Below, one piece after another: positions 54,961-62,370 of a stretch of DNA of 64,000 bases. The DNA is taken from NCBI GenBank assembly GCA_963733915.1, contig CAVTEP010000003.1:3757-67756 (forward strand). Reading direction: 5' to 3'. Position numbers and translations under genes: made by a program. Below the pieces are notes generated by a model. That model ran no database searches, was not told the origin of the DNA, and was given only the letters and a program-made list of their open reading frames with translations. This DNA comes from Candidatus Sulfomarinibacteraceae bacterium (GTDB taxonomy: Bacteria > Acidobacteriota > Thermoanaerobaculia > Thermoanaerobaculales > Sulfomarinibacteraceae). Position 1 is the first letter of the stretch. The number at the start of each line of letters is the position of its first letter.

Positions 54961-55887
54961 TCATTTCGTCCGGATCGCGGACAATTCGATCGTGACCTCG
55001 CGGGCCTCTCCCGGTTCGAGCTCGACGGTTCGGCTCAGGTTGGCATAACCGTCGGCGCGCACCTCGATCGAGTGGGTTCCCGCCGAGGTTGCAAGAGGGC
55101 CTTCCATCCGGTTCAGCTCTCTACCGGTGGCGACAAACACCCCGTCGAGCAAAACCGAAGCCTGCTCGGGGCTCACCCGAATCCGTAGCGAGGCGCTCCG
55201 CTTCTCAGGAACCGCCACGCTGACTGCGTTGTCCGATCCCAGGTCGGGTCTCAGGCTCGGATTCGGTGCTCCCCGAGCCGGCTTGGCGGGCGGGATCAAT
55301 GCCCCCCCGACGGCAAGTGGGCTGAAGACCCTCTGAAACGGCTTGCCCTTGCCGTAGGCCTCTTGGGTCTGGTTTTCGGCCTTGCCCTTTGCTCGATCGA
55401 GCCTGTGTTTCAGGTCAAAGCGGCAGCCGGCCGCCGCCTCGAGATCGATGGCAATGGATTGATAGCCCTTCAGCCTGAGCTCCAGATTGTAGCTGCCGGG
55501 CTCCAGGTACAGGTAATCGGGCTTGCCATCGAGGTACCTTGCGCGGCCGACAAACCGATCGTCGAGATAGACCTCGGCGTCCTTGGGGCGGACATCGATG
55601 GCAACCACCGCCAAATCGGGTCCTGGCGGCGTCTCCTCGGAAGGCGGCGGACCGGGCCAGTATGTTCCCACTGGAATGCAGGGCAGGAGTACGGTGCTCG
55701 GGTCGGACGCGATGTCAGAGTGGACAGGGTTCGCAGCGCCCGCTGCAGCTGCGGCTTGTTGGCCGGGTGCCACCGTCGGCGCGCCGGTCCCGGGCGACTG
55801 AGCCGCGGCAGCGCCTACCGCTCCCAGGGTCACGCTCAAGGCAAGGGCGACGACGCCTCGTCTCGGGAACCAACGGTTCGTCCCCAT
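54961..55887 (-). CDS. secreted PEGA-domain protein (two PEGA repeats)
   Basis: ORF 54961..55944 trimmed to MGTNRWFPRRGVVALALSV behind GGGAGGTG; DVRPKDAEVYLDDRFVG..YNLELRLKGYQS and RVSPEQASVLLDGVFV..HSIEVRADGYAN. Confidence 0.75.
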   Translation of the reverse strand: MGTNRWFPRRGVVALALSVTLGAVGAAAAQSPGTGAPTVAPGQQAAAAAGAANPVHSDIASDPSTVLLPCIPVGTYWPGPPPSEETPPGPDLAVVAIDVRPKDAEVYLDDRFVGRARYLDGKPDYLYLEPGSYNLELRLKGYQSIAIDLEAAAGCRFDLKHRLDRAKGKAENQTQEAYGKGKPFQRVFSPLAVGGALIPPAKPARGAPNPSLRPDLGSDNAVSVAVPEKRSASLRIRVSPEQASVLLDGVFVATGRELNRMEGPLATSAGTHSIEVRADGYANLSRTVELEPGEAREVTIELSAIRTK

Positions 55888-56813
55888 GATCCACCTCCCG
55901 TTGACCGGGAATGCAATCCCTCTGCCAGGCCCTCCAGATAGCAAGAATCCAGAAAACCCCGGTAAATGCTGGGGGGAATGACACCGTCGACCTTCTCGCC
56001 GAGCTCGACCGCGAGCCCGAGCAGCGCGCGCCGCAAGCGTCGGAGGGGATTTCGCCGGAGGGCACGGCTGACCCCAAGGAAGTTTTCGAGTTGCGGGTGG
56101 ATACCGGCAAAGATCGCGGCCGAGATCCCGGATGTCCTCTGTCGGCTACAGAACGTCCGCGGCCGAATACAGTGACGGTGCAGGGTCCTGGCGCGCGGTT
56201 GGTAACGAAGGGTGAGGCCGTTGGCGGCGGCCCGGTACGAAAATTCGATGTCTTCCCACGCCGCCGCCGGAAAATCCTCACGAAATCCCCCCAATTCGAG
56301 GAGAACACGGCGTGGCACCGACACATTCGATGTGTAGAAAAAATTGAAAGGAACGGCACGTGGGTCGTCGATCAACTGGTAGCCGAACTGTGCGCCTTGC
56401 TCGTTGATGAAGCGCAGGAATGGGCTTCGGCGATCGTTGACAAACGAGGTGTATCCGATCACCGCCAGAAGAGTCGTTCCGCCAAAGAGCCGATGTTCCT
56501 CGAGGTGGCTGGCCAGCCAGCCCGGCTGCGGTTCGGTGTCGTCACCGAGAAACAACACGAGGTCGCCTGAAGCGGCCTCGACTCCCTGATTTCGTGCCCG
56601 CGCCGGTCCGGAGTTGGCCTGGCGAAGCACCGTCAGGCCAGGCGGCCCGGTCTGCGAGCCGAGCCACTCCCAGGTGCCGTCAGACGAACCATCGTCAACC
56701 ACCACCGTCTCGAGTTCGGTTCCATTTGGACACGCTTGAGATCGAACCGCCAACAGCACCCGCTGCAAATCCTGCAGCCGGTTGTAGGTCGGGATGACCA
56801 GGCTCGCCCGCAT
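55836..56813 (-). CDS. family 2 glycosyltransferase
   Basis: ORF 55836..56813; SLVIPTYNR, VVVDDGSSDGT, FLGDD; its 3' end overlaps the PEGA gene start by 52 nt. Confidence 0.85.
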   Translation of the reverse strand: MRASLVIPTYNRLQDLQRVLLAVRSQACPNGTELETVVVDDGSSDGTWEWLGSQTGPPGLTVLRQANSGPARARNQGVEAASGDLVLFLGDDTEPQPGWLASHLEEHRLFGGTTLLAVIGYTSFVNDRRSPFLRFINEQGAQFGYQLIDDPRAVPFNFFYTSNVSVPRRVLLELGGFREDFPAAAWEDIEFSYRAAANGLTLRYQPRARTLHRHCIRPRTFCSRQRTSGISAAIFAGIHPQLENFLGVSRALRRNPLRRLRRALLGLAVELGEKVDGVIPPSIYRGFLDSCYLEGLAEGLHSRSTGGGSWGRTVGSRDEASSPLP

Positions 56814-57970
56814 CAGACCACCAAACGCGGTATCGCTGGCGACAGGCGGGCCAAGAGCTCATAGTTGATCGTGTCACTCAGTGACGCCAGCTCCTCGACC
56901 GAGATGTGTTCATCCCCTTGCCGACCGATCAGAACCGCCTCGTCGCCAATGCTGACATCAGGAATGTCGGTAATATCCGCCATCAGGATATTCATACAAA
57001 CCCGACCCACGACGGGCGCCGAACGACCGTTGATGAGAACCCGCGCCCGGTTACCGAGTACTCGCACATATCCGTCGGCGTATCCGACCGGAATCACCGC
57101 CAATAGACTGTCTCTTCGCGCGGTCCATGTCCTGCCGTATCCGACCGAAGCGTTCCTCTCAACGATCTGCAATTGTCCGACAATCGCCTTCCACGAGAGT
57201 ACCGGTCGAAGCTGCACTCTACCGTCCGAATGCTCAAGAGTCCATGACAATCGAGTTTCCCGAGATGGCCAATGCCCGTACATTGAAATACCGACCCGCA
57301 CGAGCGAGAAATCAGTCTCGCGAAACAGCAAAGCCGAGGCCGAGCATGACGCGTGAATGAACGGCGGTAACTCTCCGAGTTCCCGCCGCGCCACGTCGAC
57401 CGCCTCGCGAAATCGATTCATTTGGAGGCGCGCAAAATCATGCTCGATGGTGTCCTCGATATTGGCATAATGCGAGGCAATTCCGACGACTTCTACCGAA
57501 GCCTTCGAAGCGGCCGTAACGACCTTCGGCAATTCGGCAGTCGATACTCCCTGCCGCTTGGTTCCGATATCCACTTTGATGTGCACCGGAAGCGCAACGC
57601 CGGTCTTTTCCCGATATCTTCTCACCCATTCCAGGGATTCCGCCGCGGACACCATCAGATGAACATCGGAATCGAGGCTATGAAAGCCTGACGGCGGCAC
57701 GTAGCCCATGACGAGAATCGGTCCTTCGAGCCCGATCTCGCGGAGTTGACGCGCTTCATCGGCGCTGTGAACCCCGAGCCATGCCGCATGACGCACTGCT
57801 CGCGTCGCGACCTGCGCCAAGCCGTGCCCGTATGCGTTGGCTTTGACCACCGCCAGAAGAGCCGCGTCGGCGTTGATGATCCTCCGGAATAATCCTAAAT
57901 TATGATCTAAAGCATCGCCCTCAATCTCGATCCATTGTGCCGGGCGCGGGTCCGCCATCTCCATCGCCAA
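56813..57970 (-). CDS. alr: alanine racemase
   Basis: ORF 56813..57970; AVVKANAYGHG PLP-lysine motif; GYGRTW; VGRVCMN. Confidence 0.9.
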   Translation of the reverse strand: MAMEMADPRPAQWIEIEGDALDHNLGLFRRIINADAALLAVVKANAYGHGLAQVATRAVRHAAWLGVHSADEARQLREIGLEGPILVMGYVPPSGFHSLDSDVHLMVSAAESLEWVRRYREKTGVALPVHIKVDIGTKRQGVSTAELPKVVTAASKASVEVVGIASHYANIEDTIEHDFARLQMNRFREAVDVARRELGELPPFIHASCSASALLFRETDFSLVRVGISMYGHWPSRETRLSWTLEHSDGRVQLRPVLSWKAIVGQLQIVERNASVGYGRTWTARRDSLLAVIPVGYADGYVRVLGNRARVLINGRSAPVVGRVCMNILMADITDIPDVSIGDEAVLIGRQGDEHISVEELASLSDTINYELLARLSPAIPRLVV

Positions 57971-58264
57971 AGTCTATCGCGGAAAACGCCTTCCCGTCAT
58001 GATCGTAAGAAACGTTTTGTCTGCCTGAATATTGTGGCGAAGTTTCATCGCGACGCTGGAATTCACGTTTGTTCATCGCAGCACTGCAGCCATGGTTCAC
58101 ACGCTCGCCTCTTATGGTTGCGCATTGCATCATGAATATTGTGGTCAGATTTCGCGCTATTTGCTGACTGTAAATGTTCTTTCCAGTCGCGGCGGCGGAC
58201 CAGACTGCTGCACTTTTTGATAAAATGACATTTGATTTATTTCGAGATTTTGCAGAAATTTCCC

Positions 58265-58293
58265 TTGACTCTCGATATTCTAAATCGTATTCT
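58265..58293 (+). promoter_or_regulatory. sigma70-like promoter candidate TTGACT - 17 nt - TATTCT
   Basis: 58265-58270 ttgact, 58288-58293 tattct, followed by GGAGGTG (58309-58315) and ATG 58320. Confidence 0.45.
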
Positions 58294-58319
58294 GACCTTA
58301 GACTCTTTGGAGGTGACCT

Positions 58320-58706
58320 ATGGCGTTCGAGAAGTTCATTCCGCCGCAAACCTCCGGTGTGCGGCCACGGGCCACCATCCGGCCGAGCGGTTTGATCTCA
58401 TTCGATTCGGCTACGGTAGAGGCGTTTGGTCTGAAATCTGCGTCGTACGCGGTGTTGTATTTCGACAAAACGCGAAAAATCGTTGGCGTGCAGATTTCGA
58501 AGAATGCCAACGAAGATGGTTCGTTGAAGCTGTCGCGTAGACGGCGGTCCGTGAGTCTTAAAGCGCCGCAGTTTTTCGACCTCTACGGGCTCTCATTTGA
58601 TGAAGCACAGCGATTCGACGTCGGGCTGGATCCCGATTCCAAAATGCTGACAATCAGCCTGAAATCGGTCCAGCGCCGCCGCGGGCGGCGTCCCAAGACG
58701 ACCTGA
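58320..58706 (+). CDS. orphan hypothetical protein with basic C-terminal tail (QRRRGRRPKTT)
   Basis: ORF 58320..58706; own promoter and strong RBS; sits in an AT-richer islet; no family recognised. Confidence 0.55.
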   Translation: MAFEKFIPPQTSGVRPRATIRPSGLISFDSATVEAFGLKSASYAVLYFDKTRKIVGVQISKNANEDGSLKLSRRRRSVSLKAPQFFDLYGLSFDEAQRFDVGLDPDSKMLTISLKSVQRRRGRRPKTT

Positions 58707-58734
58707 GGAAATTCGATTCTGCGGCTTGGCCGAG

Positions 58735-59532
58735 TCACGGTTTCGGCCAACCGTCACCGACACCGAAAAGAACCCGAAAGCCGGCCGTGGAGCTCAGAGC
58801 GACCTCCTCGACCGGCTTTTTCCATTCCTCTGCCAGGCGGCGACCGATGAGGGGTACGTACGCCGGTTCGTTCTCTCTGCCCCGATGGGGAACCGGAGCA
58901 AGGTACGGGCTATCCGTTTCCACCAGGACGCTTTCGGGTTCGAGCACCGCCACGATCGCGCGGATATTTTCAGAATTCTTGAATGTCACCATTCCTGAAA
59001 TACCGACCCAAAGGCCCATCTCCACCACCTGTCGGGCTGCCTCCACGCCCTCTGTGAAGGAGTGACAAACTCCTCGCAGGCGGCCCTTGCGTTCTTCCAA
59101 CATCGAAATGAGGTCAGGCCACGATTCCCGATTGTGCAGCACGACCGGCAAGTCCATCGCGATCGCGAGATCGAGCTGCCAGGCAAGCGCGGCCAACTGG
59201 TCCTCACGCGGCGAGTTCAGGTAGTGGTAGTCGAGTCCGATCTCGCCCACTGCAACCACGGTCGCCCGCTCGCACGCCTTTTCGATGAGGCGTTTCATCG
59301 ACGCATCGAGCGAGTCGGCCTCGTGGGGATGAACGCCCGCCGCCGCCACGACCCGATTCGGATGATCTTCCGCAAGGCCGAGGGTGAGGTCGATATCGTC
59401 AGGGCCGGTGGCTGGCGTAAGGATTCCGGCGACTCCGGCACCCGCAGCGCGATCCAGGACGCCGGCAACCTCGTGCTCATCGAACATGCTGAGATGGGCG
59501 TGCGAGTCGATCCAGATCATTGTCTCGGTCAT
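58735..59532 (-). CDS. tatD: TatD-family metal-dependent hydrolase (DNase)
   Basis: ORF 58735..59532; WIDSHAHL, GEIGLDYHY, VLHNRE, HSFTEG, ETDSPYL. Confidence 0.9.
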   Translation of the reverse strand: MTETMIWIDSHAHLSMFDEHEVAGVLDRAAGAGVAGILTPATGPDDIDLTLGLAEDHPNRVVAAAGVHPHEADSLDASMKRLIEKACERATVVAVGEIGLDYHYLNSPREDQLAALAWQLDLAIAMDLPVVLHNRESWPDLISMLEERKGRLRGVCHSFTEGVEAARQVVEMGLWVGISGMVTFKNSENIRAIVAVLEPESVLVETDSPYLAPVPHRGRENEPAYVPLIGRRLAEEWKKPVEEVALSSTAGFRVLFGVGDGWPKP

Positions 59533-59598
59533 GACGGGAGTCTACAGCATCGTTAGAACGTTAAAACGTTGAACGTTAGAACGTTTGGCTTATCCGGG

Positions 59599-59695
59599 AT
59601 GGCGAGAAATCGAGGTTCGGAAGGCCCGGTTGGCCCGCATTATTCATGAGGTCTCGTCGCCCTCGCGACGAAACCCGGTGAGATATGCGGTTTAG
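59599..59695 (+). pseudogene. N-terminal stub of a four-helix-bundle (PF05635-like) gene
   Basis: ATG 59599 followed by one extra G, then frame 59600-59695 reads WREIEVRKARLARIIHEVSSPSRRNPVRYAV stop; resembles family N-terminus (x-D/E-L/I-E-V-W-x-K-A-x-x-L-A-x-x-I-Y); stops where the next repeat block begins. Confidence 0.45.
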
Positions 59696-60037
59696 CCGCT
59701 GCCGCTGTCCCTGCCCGGTCCCTACCCGCCGTTGCAACGGATCGGACCACCGGTATCGGAGACGGGTGGTCCCCTTTTCCCCTTTTCTCCTTTTCTCCTT
59801 TCCCCCCCTTCCTCATCAGGGAGGGCGGGTGAAACGTTCGGTTCATCCGGAATTTGATGGGATCGAGTTTTGGAAGTTCCGATCAGCTAACCCAGCGACA
59901 GGAACAGCGACACACCGCAGGGGCAGTGAACAGCGGCCGAGGCAGCGACCGCGGCAGCGACCGGGGCAGTGAGCAGGGGTCGTGACGACGGCATGTTCAA
60001 GCCGGGTCGTTCAGTGCGAGAGGTAGCCGGTGGGCAC

Positions 60038-60093
60038 CCGATGTCAAGGGCAAGCCGGGCCGAGGGCCCGGTGCGATGCACCCTTGACATCGG
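60038..60093. repeat. 13-nt perfect inverted repeat with inner hairpin, upstream of the intact four-helix-bundle gene
   Basis: ccgatgtcaaggg (60038-60050) ... ccgggcc gag ggcccgg (60055-60071) ... cccttgacatcgg (60081-60093); right half contains TTGACA. Confidence 0.75.
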
Positions 60094-60118
60094 CCGCCTC
60101 ACCGGCTCGAGGAAGGGC

Positions 60119-60493
60119 ATGAACGACCCGGCGTTGAACATGTCCGACGCGCGTACGAACCCCAACCTCGTTGCCCACTCGAAGGCCCTTGACGCGGCTG
60201 GCATTGCGATCAAGCTCGTGATGAGGGTTCCAGCCCCATTGAAATCGATCGCCGATCAGGTGATCCGGTCGGCAAGCTCGGTCCCGGCCAACCTGGCGGA
60301 GGGGCACGGCCGGGCCGGAAGAGACCGGCAACACTTCTGGAGGATCGCCTACGGCTCAGCCAAGGAGGTCGACAGCCACCTTCGCCTCCTGGTTCAGGCT
60401 GGTGCCGTTGATGGACGAAGCGCCACGACCGCACTCGATACCTTCGATCAAGTCCGCGCCATGACCTGGCGCTTGCTCAACCCAAACACCTGA
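60119..60493 (+). CDS. intact four-helix-bundle protein (23S rRNA intervening-sequence protein / Avd family, PF05635/TIGR02436-like)
   Basis: frame of ORF 59969..60493, ATG 60119 (or 60140); ...SIADQVIRSASSVPANLAEGHGRAGRDRQHFWRIAYGSAKEVDSHLRLL... matches the family core Q-x-x-R-A/S-x-x-S-x-x-x-N-x-A-E-G ... A-x-G-S-x-x-E. Confidence 0.8.
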   Translation: MNDPALNMSDARTNPNLVAHSKALDAAGIAIKLVMRVPAPLKSIADQVIRSASSVPANLAEGHGRAGRDRQHFWRIAYGSAKEVDSHLRLLVQAGAVDGRSATTALDTFDQVRAMTWRLLNPNT

Positions 60494-60716
60494 TCGGCGT
60501 TCTCCGCGCCGGTCCGGCCGGGAGTTGTCGCGGTCAACTGTCCCTGACGCGGTCCACGGCCGCTGCCGCCGTCCCTGACCGCCGCCCCTGACCGCCCGTC
60601 CAACGGATGCGACCAACTCCGTCGGGGACGGGTGGGTGGAAAATCCGAATTCCGAAATTGAAGAGTTGACACCCCACGCAATTCCGGAAGACCCAAACGT
60701 TCCAACGTACAAACGT

Positions 60717-61442
60717 TTAACGACTCTCTTGCCGGGCGACCAACATTGCGCCGCCGACCACGGCGGCAGTCTCGGATCGGAGTACGTGATCGCCGAGCCG
60801 AAGCCGCGGCCAACCGTAACGGACGAAGAGCTGTTGCTCCACTGCGGTGAACCCGCCTTCAGGACCAACCGCCAACAGTCGGCCGGCGTCCGCGGGAATG
60901 TCTGCAACTGCTCCACCGTCGTGATCGGCGACAACCCCGCCTCCTAGCGGCGACTCCCGTTCGATCAGCTCCTCCAGAGACGCGATGTCCGCGACCTCCA
61001 TTGCCCATGCACGGTGGCACTGCTTGAGCGCCTGCATCGCGATGCGGCGCCAGTGGTCGACTCGAGTCTCGCGCCCGCGGCGAAGGGCCTGGGCGAGCTC
61101 GGCATCGATCGGCAGCAGGCGCCGCACCCCGATCTCGACCAGTTTTTGAACGGCCCAGTCCATCGGCTGGTTGCCGACCATGGCGAGAGCGACCGCTACG
61201 CCGTCGGCGAGCGGCTTTGGCTCCCGCCGCACCGATAAGATCTCGACCTCGACCTTGCCCCCGCCAACGGCGACCAGCTTTGAATCGGCGACCGCGCCGA
61301 GACCATCAATGAGAACAACCTCGTCACCTCGGCGACGCCGCAGTGGACCTGTGAGATGGTGGGCTTCAGCGGGATCGAGCGTCAAAGTGCGTCCGACTTC
61401 GAGGCTCTGAGCCGGTGCAAGTAGCCACGGTGGAGACTTCAT
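60717..61442 (-). CDS. rsmE: 16S rRNA (uracil1498-N3)-methyltransferase
   Basis: ORF 60717..61478 trimmed to MKSPPWLL; PUA-like N domain, GPEGGFT, LRLGDHVLRSETA; its last codons and stop lie inside the AACGTT arm. Confidence 0.8.
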   Translation of the reverse strand: MKSPPWLLAPAQSLEVGRTLTLDPAEAHHLTGPLRRRRGDEVVLIDGLGAVADSKLVAVGGGKVEVEILSVRREPKPLADGVAVALAMVGNQPMDWAVQKLVEIGVRRLLPIDAELAQALRRGRETRVDHWRRIAMQALKQCHRAWAMEVADIASLEELIERESPLGGGVVADHDGGAVADIPADAGRLLAVGPEGGFTAVEQQLFVRYGWPRLRLGDHVLRSETAAVVGGAMLVARQESR

Positions 61443-62329
61443 GGCGCCCGCTCCCTCATCACTGTCAGGCTCAGCCACTCACCGAGCTGCCGTGTCGAGC
61501 ACACCACCAGACCGGCCGGAGCGAGCTCTCTGGACACGGCTTCGAGTTCGGAGCCGAGGAGCCCAGAAAACACCGCGGTCCCCCCCGGCACCAACAACCG
61601 CCGGATATCACCGACCAGGGGCAGGCTCTTGGCGGCGATCATGTTGCAGAGCACGACGTCGAAGGCGGCGTTTCCGACACAGCCCACTGTCCCCAGCAGA
61701 AATCGCACACGGGGATCCCAATCCTGTTGGCGGGCGCTCTGGCGCGCGACCCAGATCGCTGCCGGGTCGAAATCGAAGGCGACCACCCACCCCGCACCGA
61801 GAATGTCCGCCGCCAGGGCCAGGATTCCGGAGCCGGTACCAACATCGAGGACGCTGCCCCCATTGATTTCGAGCTCTTCGAGGGCCAGAAGAACGCCTTG
61901 TGTGGACTCGTGGCTACCGCTGCCAAATGCCGTCCTGGGTTCCACCGCGAGCCGGCGCCGGTTTTCGGGCGCGGGGGTCGGTCGATCGGGATGGGGATCG
62001 ATCCACCACCGTTTTCCGACTGCAAAGGGCCGTGCGCTTGCCCGGTAGCCCTCAAGCCAGTCCTCGGTCTCCTGCCGTACGACGGTGAGGTCGACTGCGC
62101 CGCTGCCGGCCAGGGCCAGAAGCAGCGAATCCGCAGATTCCGTTTCGTGCCCCTGCAGGTAGATCGAAGCCCACACCGTGTCTCTCGACTGTTCGCAGAT
62201 TTCGACTCCCAGCACCGGCCAGGGCGCAATCAGACCGGGGAGCTCCTCCTCGAGTTCTGTCGGGATTCGGCAGCGGAGATTCAGGTAGGCATCCTTTGGA
62301 GTCGAGCCCGCCATATTTCTTGGTTTCAC
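61439..62329 (-). CDS. prmA: ribosomal protein L11 methyltransferase
   Basis: ORF 61439..62329; AFGSGSHESTQ, VLDVGTGSGILA, NMIA. Confidence 0.9.
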   Translation of the reverse strand: MKPRNMAGSTPKDAYLNLRCRIPTELEEELPGLIAPWPVLGVEICEQSRDTVWASIYLQGHETESADSLLLALAGSGAVDLTVVRQETEDWLEGYRASARPFAVGKRWWIDPHPDRPTPAPENRRRLAVEPRTAFGSGSHESTQGVLLALEELEINGGSVLDVGTGSGILALAADILGAGWVVAFDFDPAAIWVARQSARQQDWDPRVRFLLGTVGCVGNAAFDVVLCNMIAAKSLPLVGDIRRLLVPGGTAVFSGLLGSELEAVSRELAPAGLVVCSTRQLGEWLSLTVMRERAP

Positions 62330-62370
62330 CTCGGTCGACCTGAAGTATCGTAGCCGTTCCGGTCGAACAG

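Larger units (their letters stand above)
59551..60722. repeat. composite / nested tandem-unit element E15 (about 1.17 kb) carrying one intact and one truncated four-helix-bundle gene
   Basis: outer AACGTT arms 59551-59586 and 60694-60722; about 77-nt imperfect direct repeats 59695-59769 and 60559-60639; CCCCTTTT-type arm 59771-59805 with C-box/G-box (agggagggcgggtg 59818-59831); GGCAGCGACCG-type arm about 59925-59985; mosaic AATTCCG/GAGTT/AACGTT units 60640-60722. Confidence 0.85.

Noticed and set aside
55836-55887. The 52-nt overlap between the glycosyltransferase 3' end and the PEGA gene start as a sign of another frameshift
   Set aside because: Both ORFs have good starts and motifs. The overlap affects only a low-complexity tail, so I have no positive evidence for an indel here.
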